DNA of 47,538 nt, from positions 1-47,538 of the forward strand of contig JABANN010000247.1 of assembly GCA_013115125.1 (NCBI GenBank), given 5' to 3'. Every line of letters begins with the position of its first letter. The first letter of the stretch is position 1. The position numbers and the translations under genes are program-made. Under the pieces are notes generated by a model. The model did no database searches. It was not told the origin of the DNA and saw only the letters and a program-made list of their open reading frames with translations. Positions 1 to 8,733 of this stretch are shown here, piece by piece. Source of the stretch: Perkinsus olseni. Taxonomy: Eukaryota.

Positions 1-363
1 TTGGCTTATTCTGGCACAAGACATCCGCTTGTTGAGTTTCCCCTAAGTGATATCCAAGTCAGTACCGCGACACTAATTTGGTTCTCTGTGCAGGCGTGCA
101 GAAGAACCGACCGTGAAGGGTACCTTTTCGATTCATTATTTCTGTGCCTCTCGTCCCCTAGTGTACTCTACCAGGTGAACGCCGAGGCTAGGTGACCTAG
201 CATGAATCTCTCGTGGGCCATAAGTCAAGCAGTGCGGAATCCAGAGGACCGTATCCCGACTCAGCCAAAAGCATTGCTCTGTCGCTCCCATCGCCGGCTC
301 ATCCCCGTCGTCTTACCAAATGATTCAGTGCTTCAACGTCAGCTTTACCAAGACCAAGTCTCA

Positions 364-975
364 ATGTGCCTCCGTCTTATTGGAATGTACCTCATGGTAG
401 TCGGCGCTCGGTGTGCCCTATTCGACGGAACGTACACGCTGTACTCAACTGACAGTGGAGAGCCTGATATCCAGAGATTCCAGTTCACTAGCCAGCAGGG
501 CGGTAAGGTATTGGTCACTTCTATTAAAGGCCACCTACCGAAAGGTCAATACGATTGTGAGTATGACCTTGATCGGAGCAGCGGCGACCCCAGGTATCCA
601 TTGACTCTTAAGGGTGCGTGTAATGGGCTCGTTATGGATTCTAGCGGTTATTATGATAATGATTTCCTTAATGGCTGCTCTGTAGAGCACAACTACCAGT
701 ACCTCTATGTACCAATTGCCACTACTGGGTACGACATCTACCAGAGCAACAACATCTCCACTACTACGACCAAAACTCCGACCCCCACAACAACTCCCCC
801 TGCTACAACATCGAAAACTACTCCCACCATTACAACAACTACCCTCACGACTAGCGTCTCAACTACAGCCGTCACTACCAATACAACTACACCCAGCAGA
901 GCCTCATGCGATCTTCATTGGGGCACCTTGGCAGCGAAAATGGTGCTATTGACGGCAGTATCATTACTTTGGTGA
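364..975 (+). CDS. Secreted, probably GPI-anchored mucin-like surface protein (single exon)
   Basis: ATG364 begins a signal peptide (MCLRLIGMYLMVVGARCA). It is followed by a Cys-containing domain, a Thr/Pro-rich stalk and a C-terminal small-residue site plus hydrophobic tail (SRASCDLHWGTLAAKMVLLTAVSLLW). The ORF track start at 202 is probably 5' UTR because the paralog's signal peptide starts at the equivalent ATG. Confidence 0.75.
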   Translation: MCLRLIGMYLMVVGARCALFDGTYTLYSTDSGEPDIQRFQFTSQQGGKVLVTSIKGHLPKGQYDCEYDLDRSSGDPRYPLTLKGACNGLVMDSSGYYDNDFLNGCSVEHNYQYLYVPIATTGYDIYQSNNISTTTTKTPTPTTTPPATTSKTTPTITTTTLTTSVSTTAVTTNTTTPSRASCDLHWGTLAAKMVLLTAVSLLW

Positions 976-1532
976 GACTACGCTTTAAATCAGCAGTCAT
1001 GATGCGCCTAGCGCTTCTCGTGCAAGTTTGATACGCATTGGGTGCCGGCTGATATCCCTCGAACATCCGTCAAGAAAGTTTTGACCTAGTCGCCAGGCAC
1101 TGCCTGACAGGCAGCCTGACTCCTGCGAGCAACTCAAAGTTCCTGTGAACTTCTCCTTGTCTTCGGAGACAAAGTTTCGAGAGGATACGATCAATGTCGC
1201 GAGGAACTCATACGCCGCGGATGAGTCATTCTCCCAGCGACTGCGGCTAGTGGGACTCATACCACAGTCGCTTTTCCCCTCGCAAGCAAGATGCTTGGGG
1301 TGGTCGCTCAGCAAACTTCACTGATTCACGTTGGACCAATCGTCGAAGGAACGAGACGGGAAGCCCCTAATCACCATAGTCTACTACACCGTGATATATT
1401 CTAGTGAGTATTTCGTACAAATGCTTATCGAGGTACAGGGAGCGATCCGTACAGAGGCAAAATAGTGCACGACTGATAAATACATTGAGTGTACAATATT
1501 TTATCCTCATGACGAGAATCTGGTCTCGCGCC

Positions 1533-1740
1533 TACAGTTGCTCCTCGTACAGTGTCTTCTGGACCAAAAGTTTTGGTACAGCGTCCAGTGGACACTGTCC
1601 ACTCGTACAGTGGCTTTCAGTATAGTTGCTTCTCGTCCAGTGTCCTTTGGTACAGTGTCCACTCGTACAGCGGCTTTCAGTACAGTTGCTCGTCATACAG
1701 TGTCTTTCGATAGAGTTGCCACTCGTCCAGTCGCAGCAGC
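1533..1740. repeat. Degenerate 15-nt periodic tandem array (consensus ~TACAGTKNCNNYTCG)
   Basis: Units such as tacagtggctttcag, tccagtgtcctttgg, tacagtgtccactcg and tacagttgctcgtca recur at 15-nt spacing. This explains the 5-aa periodic shadow ORFs here. Confidence 0.8.
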
Positions 1741-2038
1741 CTGCTGCCCGCAGGTACACCTGGAATCCCGTGGATGATGAACTCATATCGTGTTCGGCCA
1801 CCGAGGCGATTGAGCTCGACCAAAAATGGTAGTTTCGGTAACACTGAGTGCCAAAATGATGATGACATCATCATAATGGCCATCCTTCGCCCACACTCCA
1901 ACCCACCGTAGCATATACAGTATATTCGATCACGACGAGTCCCTGTGATATTCGATCCCACCGGTACTGCTAATGCCGCTATTCATGACTATAAGCTCTA
2001 TGCTATTCGACAACGCTTCGGAGGGAGAAAGAAACAAG

Positions 2039-2291
2039 CGCTATAGTGACAATTGCTGTTGTGTACCCACCTGGGCCAAGTGACCTGCCTCTTTGTGCGC
2101 AATTGTGCCCATTGTGCGTCCAATTGTCCCGGCGAGCGCGTGCACCCCTACTGCACTGTAACTCATTACAGTGTGGCAGTGTGAGACGGAGCTCGAAGAG
2201 TGGTAAAAACGGACGCGATAGGAGCTCGGGGGAGCTGTGTGTTTGATAGCGTAACGACGAGTGCACGATGGAGGCAGTTGACACTATAGTG
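2039..2291. mobile_element. Candidate ~250-bp MITE-like element with imperfect terminal inverted repeats
   Basis: The left end cgctatagtgacaattgc matches the reverse complement of the right end, cactatagtgtcaactgc, which has a CACTA-like terminus. There is an internal hairpin cactgtaa-ctca-ttacagtg. The target-site duplication is not convincing (aag/cag). Confidence 0.4.
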
Positions 2292-2808
2292 CAGACCTCC
2301 ACTGAAGTTCAGTGACTGAACGTGATAGACGTAGTCAGCTACAGGTTGTTATAATCCGATTCGCCGGCCGCTTCCAAGCCAGCGTCCAGTTGACGACCGG
2401 ATATCCCATTCTTTCGCTCTCACGGTATTATAATGTTCAGGCCCATCCTCCGTCGTTGTCCTGGAAGTGAGGCCCACTCAGTGGGCCGCACAAGTTGTGC
2501 GCGACAGTGTCTAACTAGTTGTGCACGTTCTCTGTGCAGGCGTGCCGGGTTGTGAAGGGTTCTTTACCCGACTCAAGGTTCATCCTTCATGGCCTCTTAT
2601 TGCCTGGTGTTCTCCACCAGGGGAAAATACCATGATTTTTTCAACGCTCATGGGCCATGAGTCATGGCGATTCGGAGTCCAGAAGACCGTAATCTCCGGG
2701 ATTATTCTGGGCTCAGCCAAAAGCATTGCTCTGTCGTTCCCATTAACGGCCTATCCCCATTGTCTCAGGAACGATCCGCTGTTTCAGCTTCAGCTTTACC
2801 ACATTTCA

Positions 2809-3132
2809 ATGTACCTTCGCCTAACTGGACTATACCTCATACTATTGGTACTCGGTGCTAGGTGTGTCGTCTTGGAGCCTGACTACCAGTACCTCTATGC
2901 ACAAGCTGTCTCTACTGAGAACGATGTCAACCAAAACAGCAATGTCTCCGTTACTGCAACTACTACCACTAGGAAAACTTCCCCTGTTACAACTCCTCCT
3001 GTTACAACTCCTCACACCACTAAAGCCTCAACTACTCACCATAAGAAAAAGAGCGGAGCCTCACGCGATGTACATTGGAACACGTTGGCTGCAACGTTGG
3101 GACTATTGGCTGGGGTATCAGTACTCTGGTAA
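2809..3132 (+). CDS. Short paralog of the 364-975 protein: signal peptide, Thr-rich stalk and GPI-like tail, with the globular domain deleted
   Basis: MYLRLTGLYLILLVLGARC...EPDYQYLY...TTT...SGASRDVHWNTLAATLGLLAGVSVLW aligns to the first copy at both ends. Confidence 0.65.
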   Translation: MYLRLTGLYLILLVLGARCVVLEPDYQYLYAQAVSTENDVNQNSNVSVTATTTTRKTSPVTTPPVTTPHTTKASTTHHKKKSGASRDVHWNTLAATLGLLAGVSVLW

Positions 3133-3190
3133 GGCCATCCCCCAAATATAGCACTAGGCTAGTGGTCTGAGGCGTCCAGATCGGCCGCAG

Positions 3191-3432
3191 GTGCTGCTAC
3201 TCATTAGCCCAGCGCTTCTCTTGCAAGTGCTGCTACTTTATTGTTCGCCCAGCGCTTCTCTTGCAAGTGCTGCTACTTTATTGTTCGCCCAGCGCTTCTC
3301 GTGCAAGTGCCGCTACTTCATTGTTCGCCCAGCGCTTCTCGTGCAAGTGCCGCTACTTCATTGTTCGCCCAGCGCTTCTCGTGCAAGTGCCGCTACTTCA
3401 TTGTTCGCCCAGCGCTTCTCGTGCGAGTGCTG
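3191..3432. repeat. 40-bp minisatellite, 5 full copies plus partial copies
   Basis: The unit agcgcttctcgtgcaagtgccgctacttcattgttcgccc starts at 3211, 3251, 3291, 3331, 3371 and 3411 (partial). There are no spacers. Confidence 0.95.
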
Positions 3433-4331
3433 GACGCATTGGGTCCCGGTTGATTTCCTTCGAAGCTAGTGCCAGAGGATTTTGACCTACTCTCTACTAC
3501 TCTGAGATTCCGGTCTTGCGTTAGTACAGACGTCATTAAAGAGAAAACAACTTGAGAGCTCAGTTACTACTCACAATCAACCTTAAGTCAAGGTCAACGA
3601 CTACATCAACCACTTCAGTGAATTATACCCTGGTAGACCTCCCGGCTGGTGTGCCCTACCAACGGGCACTCGAAGAGTCTCTAATCTTCTCCAGGACTTT
3701 CAACGAGATCCAAACGCGATACTACTTCCCCTGACAGGTGTTTTAGGGGTTGTAAGTCTAAACTCCTCAGAACAATTCCAGGACTTCGAGAGTCTCTCGG
3801 AGACGAAATTTTGTGCGAATAAGACCAATGTCGCGAGGAACACACATCCCGAGTAGGAGCCATGCACCCGACGGCTGCAGCTACTGAGACTCTCAATCTG
3901 AGGGCTGCTGAAAGTTCAACACATGTCGGAGACCCCGCTCACCGCTATCATGATGCTAGGGGTAGTCGCTCAGCAAACCCACTGATTCACCTTGGACCGT
4001 CCCACTTCATCTGAACAAGAATGACGGGGTATCGTGCATTTTCAGAGCACAAGCGAAGAGTCACGATTTACCATAGTCGAGATGCACCAGAAAAATAGTC
4101 GGAAAAACGGTTTCTTGCGGACACCGTCTGTCGCATAACTACGTTACCATAACGCAGCATGAGGCATCGGTTCGTACCCTAGCGATGAGTACTTCACTCA
4201 TTTTTCGAGATTGCGACGTGTAGAACGCGCGAAAAGTGCCTCCGCGATATGATGAAACGGAGGTCTGATGACCAGGCTGATCTAGCTGAATTAAGGCTTT
4301 TTAATTCCCGTTCGGGTTCGTGTTTGGACAC

Positions 4332-4479
4332 GTTCAACATAGTGCGGAACCCGCACTATGTTGAACTATGAATTATTATCGGAGTTGCACCCGCAGTGCG
4401 GATGCACTGCCCTTAGTCAGTGCATTAGTCATATAATATGACTCCGATATGACTCATATTATCGCCGATAATATTTCAT
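4332..4479. repeat. Cluster of nested and overlapping inverted repeats
   Basis: A perfect 16-bp hairpin at 4332-4366 is followed by five smaller palindromes and an outer 14/15 stem (4368-4382 with 4465-4479). Confidence 0.9.
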
Positions 4480-4605
4480 TGCCCTTAAAACTGGACATAC
4501 CAGAACACATAGTTCTCTACCAATAGGTTGAAAATCTGCAATTAGAGCTATTCTCGCGGAGATCGGATTCCCGAACGGGAGGGGCCCACCGTGGAGACCA
4601 TAATG

Positions 4606-4985
4606 TACAGTGGCAGCTCGTAGAGAGCATATTGGCTTAAGGCTTTCTCGTACAGTTTCACCTCGAACAGTTGCTTGTCCTCATGACAGGAAATCGACGG
4701 CGCATTTACAGTCTCGCAGTGTCCCGACCAGTGTCAACCCGTCCAGTAACCACAAGTACAGTTTCACTTCGACCAGTCCCAATCAGTGCAGTTGCAACCC
4801 GTATAGTGTCAATTGGTTTTTCCCTACAATCCCGACCCATACAGGGTCAATTTTGACAGTTTCAGTCAGTCAGGTGTCCTGGTCAGGACAGTTCCAAGCA
4901 GTAGACTTCAAGTCCGTAGAGATTCATTCGATACACTGAGAACTAACTCGTTCAGTTTTAAACTGTGCCCAACTCGACAGTCAAG
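4606..4985. repeat. Second degenerate ~15-nt periodic CAGT array
   Basis: Units include tacagtttcacctcg, accagtgtcaacccg, tccagtaaccacaag and tacagtttcacttcg, the same core as 1533-1740. Confidence 0.65.
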
Positions 4986-5157
4986 AGCAAGTGCTAAACA
5001 GATATCTCTACCATATGAAATGGACACAACTAACCTACGACGTGACTGTAGTAGGAACCAATATTAGCTGCTGAGCAAGGCCCAGGCAAGGAACAGTGTA
5101 CCGCATACCACTCCTCGACGGAATCATCTAACCGTCAGGAACCTTATGTGCGCCTAC

Positions 5158-7840
5158 TCAAATCTTCTCTGCCCGATAGGCGACGATCTTGGTGGAGAAA
5201 CGGCCAACGTTACGCACTGTGATGATCAGAGATCCAGGATGTTCGCACCTGACAGGAAAAAAGATGCCCGAGGCGACGCGATGCTCCGCAATTCCGATGA
5301 TTGTTATCACTTGTAAGTTCCCTCCACAACAGCCTTGTCGCCGGTCGGCTGGATCTCTTCATCCCCACTGTCGTACAGACTAACCTCTGAACTTCCATCA
5401 GATGGTCGAAAGGAAACCTGAGCAAACAAGCACGGGATGTACCGTTAGCCACAAGCTCAAAGATTGCTTCTCCGAAGTGGACACGATGGTTCACATCAAA
5501 CTCGCCTCCAACCGAATCTGTGACTGGAAACCCCAACAATTGCCGTGCTGCAATAGCATGCCCGCCGTAAACGTAGAAGTATCGCAATGGCATAAGTTCA
5601 TTACCCGGTTCATTCGGTATAATGATTACCGCGGTAGAGCTTTCAGTAGACAAGCAACTTCCAAGAGAAAAGCCAGCACCGGCGGCTTTGTGCTCCACCC
5701 AACCTCTCCCAGCAGTTCAAACTTACCGTAGCATATACAGCGCCATATGTGGCTCTAACTTGATACATAATTTCCCCCCCTGCTACGACACCTTTCAAGG
5801 CCGCTATCTCTGCAGTCTCTCTTGTTGCTAAACTCCGCGTGTGGCCCTCCGATTTCAACCCCTTACTCAATTCCGTACGCAAACCGCCGTACCTGCAAGA
5901 TGCGCTCAAACCATAGAGTCGCGCGCCACAAAATTAAGCCAATCCTCAGAACCCAGCTCACCGTGGATCGAGCACTCCTGGGTGAATGTACTGGGCCAGC
6001 TTGGACGGAGTCTCGCTGGCGTTGGCGAGTTGGAACTTTTTATAAGTTTTGGCCGGGATGAAGACGGACATCGCCTTGAATAGCAAAACGAAGGGAGTTG
6101 GGAAATTGGCGAATATAGTAACTCCTTTGAACTCGGGATAGCAATCTGCGAAGACCTGAAAAATCCCAAAAAATGACTTCATCTTACAGAGGGCACGCAG
6201 TTTTCTTCAGCTAAAAATCAAGCGCTCTTCAAATGAAAAAAATGCACTTTTTGAAGTCTGAAAGCGGAACGGTGATCGATTTATCGAGACGAGTGCGAAC
6301 TGTTATGCGCTTATGCGGAAATCCTTGCTTAATTTCTTCCACTGTACATTTTTCCCGGATGAACAGAGAGAACTAATATTCCGGGCAAATGATGACGCCT
6401 GCGCGAGGTCAGTAAGCTTCTGTTACAGGAAATACCGAGAGTATAAGCACCCGGGTTCAATTCCCGATCACTCCATATCTTTTCCCGTAATACATGTGTT
6501 GAAGCATTGACAGCCTTCTTGATACTGGACTCTTGAAAGACCATCGGCACTCCAGTGTAATCATGTATTTGCAGCAATGTCTCGGCATCACCACGACGGA
6601 AGGAAAGATGCGCTATGGCACGCTCAAACACCATTACACGGTACCTGGGGTACAATTCAACTACCCAATCTCGCGACGTACCTTCCAGGATTCCACTATG
6701 GCTCGATGAGGTTAGACACTGATGATATTTTTATGCATTAATTAACCTAGCCCACTACTGTACAGTAGAATCTTCTGTGTGCGTTACTCGTATCATTCCA
6801 TCGCATCACTCGCTCGTCATTGGATACTTAAAACCGTCGAAAGATACGCTCATCAATATGATACAAATCTATTCTGGACCCACCTCACAAAAGCATTGAT
6901 ATTTCCGAACACTTTGGCGGGGTCCATGCTACCGAAAGTGGTGAGAAGAATCGGCCTGCCCTCCTTATCCTTGTACTCAGGTGGAGAATCATGACCTCGA
7001 GCGCGGAAGATACAGAAAAGGTCAAGATAAAGATATATACCTTGAAACTCTGGAGGCAACTTCATATCGATGATGGACTGAATATCAGCTTCTCTGCGCC
7101 ACTTCAGGCAATTGACCAGCATCCTGCAAATGACCGCTGCGCCACGAAATGACTGATATTGTCACTCACGTTCGGGCCTTATCAACGTCAAATTCTCTCG
7201 CCCGAAGGAACTTCAAGAGAACTATATCCCGCGCATCTCTATGAAGCTGGTCTTCTGGACAAGGATGCAGAGCTTGACTGAAAGTAAAAGATGGAAAATG
7301 GCACAAAATATATCGATCAAAAATGTCACAATATAATCACATCATGATTTTATAATAAGATAATGAGGCGACCGTGAGATCCATATTGCAGCGGAAGATA
7401 CTGACTAGGTATCTTTGAATCAGAGCACGCTTATACTGTGAGTTCAGAGCTCTGAAAGGAAAGATACACCCGCGGAGGCGAAATCGATACAGATGGAGAT
7501 GAATACGAATGAAAATTGCCAGACAGGCGAGAAAAATTTGAGCTGGAAAAGGGAAAGCTTTCTTTTCACGAAGCGAGAATACCTCGTTTTTGCCAACTTC
7601 ACACTGATGATCGAACGAAATTATGCTAGCGACCAAGTGAGAGTCTATCTTATTATCCGTAGAGCACCAGGATGAAGCTAAGAAACGCCGATGTTATTAC
7701 TTCCATATAGTAACATTATCCCCTTCCTTATGACCGGCATCTAGTACCGCTTGAGGCACCTCCGATCGGAGACGCTCCAATGCCGCCTCCTCGGTGGTAG
7801 TGAGATTACCGAGATAACCAGTTTCGGTGGAGGTAGACAT
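5158..7840 (-). CDS. Patellin/SEC14-like phosphatidylinositol transfer protein (CRAL-TRIO-N + CRAL-TRIO + GOLD-like), multi-exon
   Basis: Spliced exons read MSTSTETGYLGNLTTTEEAALERLR...VTIW / DIVLLKFLRAREFDVDKART / MLVNCLKWRRE / DKEGRPILLTTFG / LLQIHDYTGVP / FADCYPEFKGVTIFANFP / YGGL / VSFRPSDG / CEHPGSLIITVRNVGRFSTKIVAYRAEKI*, with GT-AG boundaries. Confidence 0.9.
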
Positions 7841-8733
7841 GTTAAGGATAGAACCAACCTAAGATACGCTCGACCTCGCACTTGACGGTGAGGTCCTTGT
7901 AGCAGAGTAACATGATCCATCATGGATCATCCATGGATTTCCACACAAGCTGTGGCTGCGCAGAATATGCGCTAGTAGAGTGATAATCCTTGAGTATTGT
8001 TAATATCTAACTCAATTCGCTATTGTGTTAGGCAATGACTACTGGTCCACATAAAGAAGCGCCCGACGATGAAACAAACTGTACCACACTTAAAATTGAG
8101 AGAATATGATTTTAGATAAAACCTCATCTATCATGACGCACACTCTCATGTCTTTTCTGCAATAAGGCGGTCCAGGCCTCCTGAATCAGGAGGGCTTCAA
8201 TGCAGCCCGGCTATTCAAGAATCCTGCCCAGCATCTCAAGAGTGCTCTCAAGGTAGTTTTTTCAGGTGATGCTCTGTGCTGGCAGCGGCGTTGAAGTTCA
8301 ACAGAGGTCTATTGAACGGTCCAACCAGCTAGAAGTATCGAAATCCTCAGTCAGACCGGATGAAGTGTCCCTGAACCGCGGAGCTTGCTCAGCGAGCTGT
8401 TAGAATCCGCGTAGGAACCGATTTGCAGTGAAGATATAGACCGAACCGTTTCATATGCACTGGTGAGGTGTGCTGAGAAAGTTCGAGATTGCAAGATTTC
8501 AAGATAGCTCAACTTGCGGATGGGTTTTTTGCCACCTCGTGATGGTAATATATCAAGACCGATGTACATGTGGTAGGCAGCCTATCACCCGCGAATCAAG
8601 CGTATCTTTTTCCAACAGGTTAACCTCAGATACGAGAGTATCTTGCGTACCGCTTTTAATGGGTTAACCTTGGATTCTCCCCGGGGATAGGTATTTTGCC
8701 CTCGCAGGTTGACCTTGATTTTTTTCTGTTATT

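Larger units (their letters stand above)
80..4085 (+). repeat. Diverged direct segmental duplication (unit A ~80-1385; unit B ~2525-4085)
   Basis: Collinear shared blocks: gttctctgtgcaggcgtgc (~82/~2527), ctcagccaaaagcattgctctgtcg (~260/~2712), the signal-peptide region, agcgcttctcgtgc (1010/3411), caatgtcgcgaggaac (~1192/~3826) and gtcgctcagcaaac..cactgattcac.ttggacc (~1303/~3965). Confidence 0.85.

Noticed and set aside
202-363. N-terminal extensions of ORFs 202-975 and 2521-3132
   Set aside because: Signal peptides begin at ATG364 and ATG2809, and the upstream translations of the two copies are largely not conserved as protein despite DNA homology.
3191-3432. CRISPR-like array
   Set aside because: The units are contiguous with no unique spacers, there are no cas genes, and the context is eukaryotic. 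It is a minisatellite, and the overlapping ORFs are artefacts.
1905-5740. 16-nt exact match accgtagcatatacag (1905 and 5725), starting like the perkinsid spliced leader ACCGTAGCC
   Set aside because: The rest of the leader (ATCTTGGCTCAAG) is absent, and one copy lies across a coding exon on the other strand. It is compatible with chance. I found no SL relic by eye.
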